Shown here piece after piece: positions 1 to 12,508 of a stretch of DNA of 64,000 nt. Made by a program: the position numbers and the translations under genes. The DNA is from Octopus sinensis. Taxonomy: Eukaryota. The stretch lies in NCBI RefSeq assembly GCF_006345805.1, contig NC_043011.1, forward strand, positions 38,018,464 to 38,082,463. The letters run 5' to 3'. The number at the start of each line of letters is the position of its first letter. The stretch's first letter is position 1. The notes beneath the pieces are model-generated. The model saw nothing but the letters and a program-made list of their open reading frames with translations, was not told the DNA's origin and ran no database searches.

Positions 1-366
1 ACTCTTATTACAAAGTGGATTTTCATCGAAATCTCTATTCACATATCTATGAGTGAATATAATAACCATCATCATTGGTATTATTTCGGTTGGAAACGCT
101 GTCCAGGTTTACGAACTCTTCTTTTACTTTTGTATTAATAAATATTGAAAGATTTTAGAGTGAAATGGTGCCTTTGGTTTCTTTTAAATTATATTTATTA
201 CCATTTTTCCGTGTCAGTAACTGTTATATAGCTTGGCAAACTCGAAATATTGAAGCGGTAAGTTTATCCATTCTCTTCATATATTCTCATTCACATCACC
301 CAAAATGTATGGACGAGTATCGGTACGTGTATATGTATATACATAGGTAAATGCAAAGGTATATAA

Positions 367-422
<56 letters not shown>

Positions 423-634
423 GTGTATGCACACACTCACACAAACACATATTTACAATAATTTACAGATAGTTCTATTAATATTAACAAAAATACTAGC
501 TATTTATATAGATTTTGCAAGAAAAGAACAGCACTTTCGGTACCCTATTGAAAAACAATACACAGATGCTAGGCATTAATGATCGTTATACAGCATGATC
601 GAAATCTTGCTAACCATTTATAGTTTGCATTATA

Positions 635-1017
635 TCTCTCTATATATAAACGGCTGTTTGTCTGTGCGTGTTTCTGTGTGTCTGTTTTCTTGTACCCTCA
701 CCCTGACCACGGCTTTCAACCGATTCTGATGAAACTTGACACACACATAGCCCAATGTCATAATTCAAAACTAACGCAGCGAAAATTTTGAAAAGTTCCC
801 CCAGTTCTGAAAAAAATCGATAAATTCGACATGGAGTCGAGAATCATAAACACAAACCGCAAACTGTCTAGGGGACGCAACTCCACCTTTTTTAACTAAA
901 AAAAAAATTTACCATCATTTTTTTCCATTTTTTTGCTATTTTTTGGCTATAACTCTCTAAAAATGCTTTATAGTTATCTCCCTTACAAACCTGAGCAACG
1001 CCGGGCGATACTGCTAG
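635..1017 (+). mobile_element. Non-autonomous Helitron
   Basis: Starts A|TCTCTCTATATATAAA and ends with the hairpin CCTGAGCAACGCCGGG followed by CGATACTG-CTAG|T. No TSD. These are canonical Helitron termini. Confidence 0.85.
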
Positions 1018-1387
1018 TATATCTCTTATTATAAAAGGCAGATTTTATCTGCCTCCCTTTGGGAGTTATACAAATCTACAATATAGGATTTCTTCAATTA
1101 CAATTTACCTAGCAATTTTAAGAGTACAATGCATCGCGTCATGCCAGGTCCAGTTTTTAAAATTTAAACTCCAATTAAGCAAAATTTACAGAAAACTCAC
1201 ATTCTGGTGTGTGTGTCAAATGCTTTTCTTAGTCTGGTTTACACCAAACGCAAACGCACACACACACAAAGGGAGCGAATTGTTTCACTGACGCTATCAC
1301 CCTTCTCCTCCTTTGTCTTTGCAAGTTGGCAGCTATTAAAGTGAAAACAGTGAATCCGACAGCGATAAAGAAAACGAATTGGTACCT

Positions 1388-1650
1388 GAATGGAGTGAAA
1401 ATTTAAAAACTGTTCTTTCGGTGAGTTTTCTGAAGAAACTGGACCAAGCCACAGACTTTCCCAGAAGAGTAAAGCCTTAGACTATTTCTATTTACTTTTC
1501 GAATGAGCCTATTTGAAATCATTACGCTAAACGTAAACAAACCGAAAGAAAGGATAGTTTGTTATTTCCCACAATCTTAAATGAAATTAAGGCCTATTTT
1601 GCCATAAATATTATTATGGGTATCAGAAAGTTACCCAGAATAACAAATTC
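1388..1650 (+). pseudogene. piggyBac (PGBD4-like) transposase N-terminal fragment
   Basis: Frameshifted translation EWSENLKTV/FGEFSEETGPSHRLSQKSKALDYFYLLF/SLFEII/YAKRKQTERKDSLLFPTILNEIKAYFAINIIMGIRKLPRIT matches the piggyBac pattern F..GP...LDYF.LF...EIKAF.G...MGI.KLP. Confidence 0.7.
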
Positions 1651-1879
1651 TATTGTAAAATTTTGTTGTATACCCAATTGAATATTAGCTAATAACCCAT
1701 TTTCTATAGCGATGTTTGAACAAAATTTTAATAATTTTACAGAAAGTTACCCAGAATAACAATTCTATCGTAAAATTTTGTTGTATACCCAATTGAATAT
1801 TAGCTAATAACCCATTTTCTATAGCGATTGTTTGAACAAAATTTTAATAATTTTACAGAAAGTTACCCAGAATAACAAA
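1625..1879 (+). repeat. Tandem duplication, unit about 117 bp, about 2.2 copies
   Basis: AGAAAGTTACCCAGAATAACAA recurs at about 1625, 1741 and 1857 with near-identical intervening sequence. Confidence 0.9.
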
Positions 1880-2177
1880 CGAGCCCTTCTGGTTATTAGC
1901 GCGCGTCTACGATGAGTCTACGATTTATTTTAAAAAAAATTACCATCATATTTTTCCATTTTAATGCATTTTTTTCGCTTTTATATAAGGGAAGTAACTC
2001 TCTAAAAATATCTACGATGTGTCAACGATTTAAAGAAATTTACCTTAATTTTTTTTCAATTTTTAATGCATTTTTTGCTACTTTTTGGCTATAACTCTCT
2101 AAAAATGCTTATATAGTTATTTCCCTTACAACCCGAGCAACGCCGGGCGATACTGCTAGTATATATATATATATATA

Positions 2178-3153
2178 GATGTCTTGCAAACAACTTGCAC
2201 ATGCAAGTGCTACCAGTTAAAAGCTCCGTATACCGGAAGCTAGCAAGTGTATGGTGTCATCAGGAGAGAATGCGCACCGTTTCGGGGCCTACCTCTCGAC
2301 GGCATCAATGTGCACCGGCCCCCCCTCACTGATATGAGGCCCCATCTGCTAGATCAGCTGGTTATGAAGAACTCAATATACTTCTAGCCATCGCTCATCG
2401 TCTCTTTTTAACCAAATCCAGTGGCTAGCCTTCTCCACTGTAGATTGGATATCAGTCATGGTGGTATTGACTTTACGATGAGTTAAGTCTATCGATAACA
2501 AGAGTCGTCTCACGCTGTGTCCAACAAACCCTCTACATCCGACTTCGATAGGAAAATGTTCCGCTTTCCAGCCTGAGTCTTGACATTCCTCAAGGAGATT
2601 TTCATAACGGTTCAATTTCGAGCCCGAGCGGTGTCCATATTATCTTCATGAGGAACCGTTAGCTCGACAATATTTACAACTTTCTTTCTTTCACACCACA
2701 TCAAAATATCTGTTTTTTTCGAAACTGGGATGGGAAAGAGAACCTGGTACCCAGGTAAATCTGCAGTTACCTCCCAATAGCCGTTCCACTTTTCATTTTT
2801 CTCAGGAAGTTTCTTGATCTTCTTCTTGAAACGGATCCGCTGACCTGGTCGCACGAAGGTAATGAAATCTCTTGATGGTACTTTTAACGGTTTTTCCTCA
2901 GTGTTGTTGAGATGAATTTGATTCTTTATAGCATTGAAGATAACCTTAAGGACCAAGTTGTGCCTCCATGTATACCTGTTCAATGCTAAAGAACAGTTAG
3001 AAAGAATATATTTTAGTGTACCGACCTTTCCACATTTGCAGATGTCATTCTCTAAGACCCTCCATCTTCCTAAATTCGTAGGTGATGGCAAAACATCATA
3101 AGATGAACGAATCAGGAAACTCAGCCGAGATGTCGTCCACTTCCACATCTCAC
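2178..3153 (-). mobile_element. 5'-truncated RLE non-LTR retrotransposon (HERO-like clade): zinc knuckle, restriction-like endonuclease and 3' UTR
   Basis: ORFs 2612-3148 and 2373-2615 (one frameshift) give CKCGKVGTLKYILSNCSLALNRYTWRHNLVL, then (P)DILMW..VELTVPHEDN, then GWKAEHFPIEVGCRGFV and ASHWIWLKR. Flanked on both sides by (TA)n. Confidence 0.88.
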
Positions 3154-3173
<20 letters not shown>

Positions 3174-3185
<12 letters not shown>

Positions 3186-3590
3186 TTAGAGACAAAACCA
3201 CTATTATGCAAATCAAACAAAGAAAGACTTAATCCAATACATAAAAAATTTTTATATAAATTAAATGAAATTAAATTCGCCACTACTATTGTTTCGTGTC
3301 TCTTCCAAGGACATTCAGCAGGTGGTATTTAGATCTTCTATTCAATTTTAAGTTATGAAGTCCTGATGAATGTCCTTAGAAGAGACACGAAACAATTGTA
3401 GTGGCGAATTTAATTTTATTTAATTTATATAAAATTTTTTAGGTATTGGATTAAGTCTTTCTTTGTTTGATTTGCATAATAGTGGTTTGGTCTCTAATTA
3501 ATATTATATAATATTTTACTATAAAATTGGATTCAGTCCTAAATCTGATTTTTCCCTATAAATTTGGATTTATTCCCTAATATTTATTAT
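3174..3590. mobile_element. Penelope-type pseudo-LTR fold-back (inverted arms 3174-3322 and 3362-3510)
   Basis: About 150-bp inverted arms, each with a hammerhead motif. Related sequence occurs at 34325-34530 and 53160-53275. Confidence 0.7.
3363..3404 (+). ncRNA. Minimal type-I hammerhead ribozyme motif (mirror copy on minus strand at 3280-3325)
   Basis: CTGATGA-atgtccttagaagagacac-GAAA-CAATTG-TA-gtgg with palindromic helix III. The minus copy supplies helix I CCAC/GTGG. Confidence 0.7.
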
Positions 3591-3603
3591 ATATTATATA
3601 TAT

Positions 3604-3637
<34 letters not shown>

Positions 3638-4030
3638 TATATAGAATACACACGTATACACATACAAACAGAGAGCCCCAAAATACAGAAACCGTAAAAC
3701 AAGGTGAACGACGGACAAGCAGATTTCATTACGTAGATGCTCAAGATGACCTCATTAAATTTTCACGCGTATACTCTTCAATAACAGAAGTCAGGTGAGG
3801 AGAATGAATCGATAGAGAGAAAAATCAAACGTGCTGGAGTTAAACCAAAAGTTTGGCGCTCTGGAAACCATCGCTTCCTACATTCTACACGGTTCGAATG
3901 TAACTGTAACACCAAAGAACCAATGGTATTGATTTCGTAACTGCCTTTCCATTCTTTTGGGAACGCAGGTATGTTACATAATGCTGAAATGCTTCAATTA
4001 CGTTTGCTGCATTCCTTATCCCCATACATA

Positions 4031-4077
<47 letters not shown>

Positions 4078-4078
<1 letters not shown>

Positions 4079-4333
4079 CACGTGATCATGTGACTGACCA
4101 GACCATCAGATGTTGTTACACTTCGGTGGTCACAATGCGTTCGCATTGTTTTAGCCTTCGAATGACGCCACCAGAAGAAAGAGTGGGAGAAAGAGTGGTG
4201 AAAGAGTACAGCAGGGATCACCACCCCCTGCCGGAGCCTCGTGGAGCTTCTAGGTGTTTTTGCTCAATAAACACTCACAACGCCCGGTTTGGGAATCGAA
4301 ACCGCGATCCTACGACCACGAATCCGCCTCCAC
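4078..4333 (-). mobile_element. tRNA-derived SINE, 5'-truncated
   Basis: B-box-like GGTTTCGATTCCC on the minus strand. Head and body match 7545-7742, but the tail differs. Confidence 0.8.
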
Positions 4334-4590
4334 TAGAAATATACATAAATATAAATTTATACACCCTTATACATACACAACACATACATGCATGTAGATA
4401 TATATATATACATATATATATGTAAATATATATATTATATATATATGTATATATATGTATATATATATATATATGTATTTATATATATATATATATATAT
4501 AATATATATATATTATATATATATATATTCATGCATGTATGTGTTGTGTATGTATAAGGGTGTATAAATTTATATTTATGTATATTTCTA
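4334..4590. repeat. Perfect 61-bp inverted repeat around a (TA)n tract
   Basis: 4334-4394 is the exact reverse complement of 4530-4590. Confidence 0.9.
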
Positions 4591-4685
4591 TCTATGTTTC
4601 TGAATAATTGTGTTTTTTTATATTTGAACTGTATATCTTTTCTAATCAAATACCTTGTTTTTTTTTCCTTTTCTTCGCACTGTAA

Positions 4686-5555
4686 AATGAAAGCTAACGA
4701 CAGTATGGAATCTCATGTGGAAAATGACGGGATGATTAGCAATTCTCCCACCAGTAAATTCCCTATGTGTATGGGTATCTCTCTTTCGTGCTTAAGAGCA
4801 ACTTCGACGTAGAAAACTATCATTATTCTGAATCCATACTGGTACTGAGATAAAGAAAAAAAAATTTTTTTAGCAAAGAAAAACTAAAATACACATAAAA
4901 AATACTATAAATGCAACAATCTTGTATGGATTTGGAAATTTGGACCGAAATTTACATCCTGCTGATATTAATTCTAATGAAAGCTAACGACAGTATGGAA
5001 TCTCATGTGGAAAATGACGGGATGATTAGCAATTCTCCCACCGGTAAATTCCCTATGTGTATGGGTATCTCTCTTTCGTGCCTAAGAGCAACTTCGACGT
5101 AGAAAACTATCATTATTCTGAATCCATACTGGTACTGAGATAAAGAAAGAAAAATTTTTTTAGCAAAGAAAAACTAAAATACACATAAAAAATACTATAA
5201 ATGCAACAATCTTGTATGGATTTGGAAATTTGGACCGAAATTTACATCCTGCTGATATTAATTCTAATGAAAGCTAACGACAGTATGGAATCTCATGTGG
5301 AAAATGACGGGATGATTAGCAATTCTCCCACCAGTAAATTCCCTATGTGTATGGGTATCTCTCTTTCGTGCCTAAGAGCAACTTCGACGTAGAAAACTAT
5401 CATTATTCTGAATCCATACTGGTACTGAGATAAAGAAAAAAAAATTTTTTTAGCAAAGAAAAACTAAAATACACATAAAAAATACTATAAATGCAACAAT
5501 CTTGTATGGATTTGGAAATTTGGACCGAAATTTACATCCTGCTGATATTAATTCT
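4686..5555. repeat. Tandem repeat, 290-bp unit, 3 near-identical copies
   Basis: AATGAAAGCTAACGACAGTATGG recurs at about 4686, 4976 and 5266. The duplicated ORFs at 4911 and 5201 are 290 bp apart. Confidence 0.95.
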
Positions 5556-6329
5556 GATATATACATATATATACAGAAAAAATAATAAAATTACAATAAT
5601 AATAATATTAATAATAATAATGATAATAATGATAATAATAGGTATCCTTTGATTAGGATGTGGCATATATTATACTGGTATCTGATAGGCATATCTCATT
5701 TCTACTTGCTCTCCCTGCTTAACTGCCTGCATTTCTTGACTATCTCCTCTCTCAGAATATCTTTTCCTATCTCTCCGGTCTTTTTCCTTCTTTTCTCATT
5801 CTTTCACTTACATTTTGCCCTCTGTCTCTCACTCTCTCCCTCTTTCTCTGCATCCACTCTTTCTCCCTGTCTCTTCCTTTTTTCTCTCTCTTTCTCTTTC
5901 AAAACAAATTGCATCCTAATGAAGCATACAAACAAATCCTGCTAATACAAGTTCAGAGTAGACGTAGCCTGAAATGAAAATTGGTAGACTAGGACCAAAA
6001 ACTCTGGCACATATTTGCAAAGACATCGCTTCACGCAAGAGATGACATGGGTGTTGATATTTAGCTCCAAAATTTTTTTAATCGAGCAGATCGTTATTTG
6101 TAGACCAACTGCAGATATACAGTATTGCTTGAAATAGAGATCTTGTTATGGCACATCAAGATCTCTACAGCCTATCCGGATTGCATTTGGTCTCTTTGTC
6201 TCCTTGTTCAGGAACAGCTTAATTTATTGATTAGCAGTCAACAGTATATAGATTAAGATTTAAGTTGAGATAAAAGCAAATGTTATGAAGGAGAGGAAGT
6301 CACCAAAATATTGGAAAATAGTTAGCTGC

Positions 6330-7350
6330 AGCAAGATGATTCGCCCCGGATGTCAAATGCCATCACATGACTCATGCTCAGCGTTATCTGAATGTTGTAA
6401 AAACTATAAAACTTGGCATGGGCAGCTGTGAACTCGTGAGCATTCCGATAAAAGCATTCCCTTTCTCGCCAATATCTACTTCTTCGCAGTTAGGGCATTT
6501 AATCCAGTAGATGAAATTTCTGCTTTGCAGTTCATATCTGCATTTGTGAAAAGCTGTCCGTTTTTTGTTCCAATGGATCAACCAGTATTCATGTATTGAC
6601 ACGTTCCACATCTGTTATTACACGTGGATACTGTGAATGTTTTGTCCTGATTGTTCATGCCTATGTTAATAAATTCTTTTGGTTACGTGGTTGCTTTTTG
6701 CTTAAAGTAAATGTTTAATTAGTAATTGTCTGTTTTTTACTCTGTTTCAGGTTTGGCAAATTTGTTGTGATGATGTTAAAAATATTTTGATGATGCGGGT
6801 TGTGTGCTACTGGAAATGTTATTGTATTCCTTTGATGGATTCGTCTTTCTTGTGCTGCTCTAAATTGTTATATAGGTAACTCTTTTGATCGTTGTATTCT
6901 ATTTTCTATAAGTAGGAGAGGGTATTTTTGCTTGAGCAGAAATCCTTTAAAGTTTTACAAGTCGTATATTCCTGCTATTTGGATCATTTATTATAGTATG
7001 ACAGTACGGAATGTTACGTTTTATGTGTTTTGGGTGGGAGGATTTGAAATTTGGGTACTGGTGTGTATCTGTGTTATTGCAATAGATATCAGTTGTGATT
7101 GTGTTGTTGTTTTTAATTACCATTGTGTCAATAAATGGTAATTGTTTGTTGCTCATTTCTCTTGTGAATTTGAGACAAGAGTGTAGATTGTTGAGGAGGT
7201 GTTGATTGGTCAAAACCGTATTTGAAAACTTTAGCTTGTCGCAGCCTTCTAAAAGGTATAAATATGAAGAGGTCAGTCATTTTGATACAGTTGTGAAGAA
7301 CTCAACTCAACTGTCAGATAATCCCTTTTGAAATCTGATGATTTCTTCGA
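6330..7350 (-). mobile_element. Degenerate Penelope-like element: RT thumb and GIY-YIG endonuclease
   Basis: LNNLHSCLKFTREMSNKQLPFIDTMV..TTDIY..TDTHQY..FKSSHPKHIKRNIPY (6947-7213) and SRNFIYWIKCPNCEEVDIGE (6384-6611). Confidence 0.85.
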
Positions 7351-7357
7351 AAGTGGT

Positions 7358-7742
7358 GGAAGCACTCCGTCGGTTACGAAGATGAGGGTTCCGGTTGATC
7401 TGAATCAACGGAACAGCCTTCTCGTGAAATTAACGTGTAAGTGGCTGAGCACTCCACAGACACGTGTACCCTTAACGTAGTTCTCGGGGATATTCAGCGT
7501 GACACAGAGAATGACAAGGCCGGCCCCTTGAAATACAGGTACAACAGAAACAGGAAGTAAGAGTGAGAGAAAGTTGTGATGAAAGAGTACAGCAGGGATC
7601 ACCACCATCCCCTGCCGGAGCGTCGTGGAGCTCTTTTAGGTGTTTTCGCTCAATAAACACTCACAACGCCCGGTCTGGGAATCGAAACCGCGATCCTGTG
7701 ACCGCGAGTCCGCTGCCCTAACCACTGGGCCATTGCGCCTCC
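7358..7742 (-). mobile_element. Full-length tRNA-derived SINE
   Basis: 5' GGAGGCGCAATGGCCCAGTGGTTAGGG (A box) and GGTTTCGATTCCC (B box). Tail shared with 29381-29706. Possible CGAAAGT TSD. Confidence 0.88.
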
Positions 7743-8974
7743 TCTACGAAAGTATGAGAGTGATAATTGAATATTATGGAAATTACTAAATGTTTTTTGT
7801 AATGTTCAACACACTTCAATATTGTAAAATTATATATATATATATATATATTCCTCTACTCTCCAAAATATAATCGGGTTAGTAAGATATGCATTATTTT
7901 CTAAAAATCATTCTGCTACAGATATAACATACGAAAACCATGTAATTATTTTGATTTCTATTATTGATATAAATTTGTTTAAATTGGTTTATCCTTTGTG
8001 TTTGAAATCTATATGGACATCTCCGTCTGTAGAGAGAGGTTTCTTTCAAATTAATGTAATGTTTTCATAGATCAATTAAATGGACCCGCCTGAAAAGGCC
8101 GTAATGTATTGACACCTGTACATCCATGTTACTTATTTACATTCACCTCACCTCACTTGGAATTGTTCAGACTATACCGAACTAGCAAGGTGCCTCAAAT
8201 TAAGCTAGAGTTTACTAGAGTAGAAGCCTTTTGTACCCAGCGCCTTGTGTTTTACGCCGTCGTGGTCTTCGAACAAGATACTGTTAAAACGCCCGCACCA
8301 CACACACACGCACAAACACGACAAGATCCATTATTTCGGCAGTTCAAATTTACATCCGTTTATCCCAAGAACGCCTTAGATAACGCTCTATTTAGAACCG
8401 TTAAATCTGAATAAATTCTTGTTTGAGATATTGCAAAATTATCGACGAGCTCGTGGTCATAGATGAACAATTACTACAGGCTTTATCTGCAGTAATGGTG
8501 TGGTTATGACACTATTGGAAAAGATAAGGCTTAATTACATGTGGATAAACATAATTATATGAATGTAATACTTGAGATATACGAAGTTCAAAGGTGTATT
8601 GTTAGTTTCACATTTATGTGCATACAGAATAATTATGGCAATCAAAATTCTACTCGATAACATTTGAATAAACAAGCATCAGAATCGCAAAATATTTCCG
8701 TGGATGAATAAATTATTAAAAGTTGGATAAACACTCAATTATCCAATACTGTTCAAATATATATATATTTATTCATTTATTAATTTACATTATTGTTATA
8801 TGTATAAATTGTCTCTATTTCATATATATATGGCTAATTAATGTAATTTGAAGACTGATAAAGAAAACGTTACATACAATATGAAGCACACACATATGTA
8901 AGGATATATGCATATGAATAGATATATTCATATATATCTATATACATACACATATTTGTGCGTGTGTGTTTGAA

Positions 8975-9680
8975 TAAGTTTAAAAGTTACGTTTATACAA
9001 GAGAAAGCAAACATTTATTCGTACTTTCGTCGCAACATATTTTATTATTGTCACTTTGCCTTCTGTGCATGCGTGCTTATAGCTGTTACGATCATGGTCA
9101 CGTGATCGAAGTTTGAGCCTGATCGCACCATTTTTCTTTCTGGCTTTACAGTGTAAGCATGATTGCTCCACTAGCGATGTGTACCAAAGAATAAAGAGCA
9201 ATGATCCGATTTCTCTTGAAGAGGGGAGTGCGATCAACACTGCAAGATACAGTGATTTGCTGGACAATAAACTGAAGCAAGACGTTCACACCAAGCGCCG
9301 AAGCCTATTGTCGAAGAAAGTGTCGTTGTTGCATGACAATGCACTCCACACACGGCCACCTAGACTGTTGAAATCATTAACCGATTGGGTTTTGAGATAA
9401 TGGAACACCCAGATCTCTCCCCTTCCAACTATCATATCTTTGAACTGCTCAAAGATGGTTTACGAGGGCATTGAATTCCTACGGATAAATATGTGAAGGG
9501 AGCGGTGCATAAATGGCTGCACAACCAACCGAAAACCTTCTTCTTGGAGGGAATACGTACGTTTGTGCACCGCTGGACCAAGTGCATCGAAAAGGGAAAT
9601 GGCTTACTTGTTTGTTCCTTGCTTTTGTGTAAATACATTGAAAAAACAAGCGTGCATATCATTTTTGGCTCTCCCTCGTA
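8975..9680 (+). mobile_element. Internally deleted mariner transposon
   Basis: N-terminus MIAPLAMCTKE..RAMIRFL is joined to KRRSLLSKKVSLLHDNA..HT, HP(YSP)DLSPSNYHIF and VHKWLHNQPKTFFLEGIRTFVHRWTKCIEK. Ends ...CCCTCG-TA. Confidence 0.88.
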
Positions 9681-10167
9681 TGTTTATATATACATGAATA
9701 GCTTTAGTCAAGATAAGATAACTCCGATATTTTTCGGCCAAAGATTGATCCAGGCAATGATTAACTTAGAACACCACCTGATATGATATGTTAAGTCATT
9801 ATTAAGACAAAGTTTGTGTTATAATGGTTCATTGAAATAGGGAGCTGTTGTTGAGTTTTATTCAGGTATAGATGGCTTATATGGTATCCCTTAAAGAAAT
9901 CTGTCCCGGTTTCGTTTGAAAGTGACGAGATCTTTTCCTTCATTGATTTGTTTTGGGATACTGTATATACGCAGATCCATTGATATACATATGTATTTTT
10001 GTGTGTATATGTATATATACATATGTATGCGTGTGTATGTATGTATATAATATATATATATATATACATGTACATACGTGTATTTATATGTATATATGTG
10101 TATATATATATATATATGTGTGTGTATATGTATGTATATATATACATATATATATATATACATGTAC

Positions 10168-10210
<43 letters not shown>

Positions 10211-10308
10211 ATATACATGTACATACGTACATTTATATGTGCATACATATATATATAGATACATATAGATAGATAGATATCTATATATATATAGATATAT
10301 ACTTATAT

Positions 10309-10356
<48 letters not shown>

Positions 10357-11229
10357 GGTATATATATATATACCTATATATATATATATATATATATATA
10401 TAGGTATGTGTATATACATATATGTGTGCGTGTGTACATTTATGCATATAACTGGAAATAAATGATTTCAGTGATATTTCGAAAAATTCCTTTGTTTCTG
10501 TTGCTTTTTCAACACTCCGCATAGAGTACTTGCTAACTAGATACTAACAATTACATTGTTATCAACTGTATTTAGAATTGAGTATATTCAAGTAAATTCT
10601 GCTCACTCAAATGACACACGTCAACAATTGGAAAGCAACACCAGGAATAATGTTCTAGCAATATAATGGTCTCATCAATGCAGTCGTATGTTCCATTGTG
10701 AAAAAATCTCTTAGCAAGGAAAAGTGAAAATCCATGTCTCTTGATACAACAGGGCATGTTCTTTAAAAAGTGCAATATAACGGAAAATATATTGTTTGTA
10801 TTATTTAGTGGATGGAAAAAATGTTTCATGTAGTTTTAATAACTGATTAATTAATTCTTACAAATGTAATGCTAATTCAAGGATTGTGTCCCGTAATAAC
10901 ATACAATTACAAGTAATTTAAGTGGCTTGTCGACATGCTCGAAATAACATCCTAAACTATCTCTAAATCAATACCAGTCATCGTATGTAAGGAATCTGGT
11001 CACTATGGTTGCTGCTGTAAAATTAAAGATATTTTTTGATTGTCAGAAGTGGAATTATTTATATGTAGGAAATCGGTTCTATAAGGTAATCACAAAAGAA
11101 TAAAAACATATATATAAATGACCATAACATGAAGATGAGTGAGGATCCATAATGTCTATTTTCATATAGCCACAGGAGGTAAATAGACGTGAGCACAACC
11201 AAAATGCAAGAATACATAGACTTTTAATC

Positions 11230-11422
11230 TTTTACTCTTCCATTTGTTTCAGTCATTTGACTGTGGCCATGCTGGAGCACCATCTTTAGTCGAGAAAATC
11301 GACCCCAGGACATGATATTTGTAAGCTTAGTACTTATTCTACTGGTCTCTTTCGCTGAACCGTATAGTTAGGGTGACGTAAACACACCAGCATCGGTTGT
11401 CAAGCCATGTTGGGGAGACAAA

Positions 11423-11478
<56 letters not shown>

Positions 11479-11627
11479 CTTATTACATATATACGACGGG
11501 CTTCTTTCAGTTTCCTTCTACCAAATTCACTCGCAAGGCTTCGGTCGAACCGAGGCTATAGTAGAAGACATTTGCTCAAGGTGCCACGCAGTGGGACTGA
11601 AACCGAAACCATGTGGTTGTTAAGCAA
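11230..11627 (-). mobile_element. SINE with internal microsatellite (family of 49278-49666)
   Basis: Reverse-complement similarity to 49278-49666 across head, (CA)/(TA) spacer and tail. Confidence 0.85.
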
Positions 11628-12411
11628 TCTCGAAGAATTTTTAGTTGAAAAATTGACCCCAGTACCATTTCTTAAAATCTGGAACTTATTCTATTGATGT
11701 CTATAGACATAGCAAGGGGACGTAAGCTACGAACACTACGTGCTTCTTTCAGTTTCCGTCGAACTTAGGAATCTGTTTGTGTGTGTGTGTGTGTGTGTTT
11801 CGAATTGAACCAGTTTCCATTCACGAACTGTCGTCATGCTAGAGGCACCACCATTTTGTACGTATGTATCTTTGTACATACGTTTATGCATTTGTATCTA
11901 CGCGCGCAAATACTTGTATTTACAAACTGTATACGATTTTCTTATGCATTGATATAAATATATGTGTGTGCACTTGCATGTATGTGTGCGTGTATTTGGA
12001 TGTGTATATGTTCGTTGGTTTGTTTGTATGTGTGTGTACGTTTAGGAGCGCGTGTGTGTATCGTTTATTGACGAAGAGCAATGGCTAACAGCGTAAACCA
12101 AAATTGCTATCTTTTTTTTTACTCTAATTCTAATTTCTTTTCTTTTCTTCCTCTGATTCTTTTTCCATTTCTGAGATGTTTATCAATATCCTGAAGCACT
12201 GATCTACTGACCCAGATTTCTCTTTTTATGTATTTTCATTGTCATAGTGAATAGAATATCAGCAATTGTCTTATTTGCACCAAATTTGCTGAAACCTAAA
12301 TTTATATCACATTATCTAGTAATGAAGAAGAGCTTTGCAATTCTTCTTCATTTTTGTAACATACATACAAAGTACGCACATGTATAAAATATCACAAATG
12401 AATGTGTGCAT

Positions 12412-12508
<97 letters not shown>

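Larger units (their letters stand above)
1022..2159 (+). mobile_element. Non-autonomous Helitron with a captured piggyBac fragment and internal tandem duplication
   Basis: Starts A|TCTCTTATTATAAAA and ends CCCGAGCAACGCCGGGCGATACTGCTAG|T. Shares its 3' region with 635-1017 and 20271-20776. Confidence 0.85.

Noticed and set aside
4955-5000. Hammerhead-like CTGCTGA..GAAA across the tandem unit junction
   Set aside because: The core is mismatched and no valid helix III or helix I can be formed.
4686-5555. CRISPR-like array, or repeated small ORF MKANDSMESHVEND
   Set aside because: Whole units are identical with no unique spacers, the context is eukaryotic, and the ORFs simply follow the repeat.
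9791-10522. Many YI/IY/VC/HT-rich ORFs here and throughout the window
   Set aside because: They are translations of (TA)n, (TG)n and (GATA)n microsatellites, which lack stop codons. They are not genes.
10572-10829. 85-aa ORF in non-repetitive sequence
   Set aside because: No recognisable motif or splice support in any frame.
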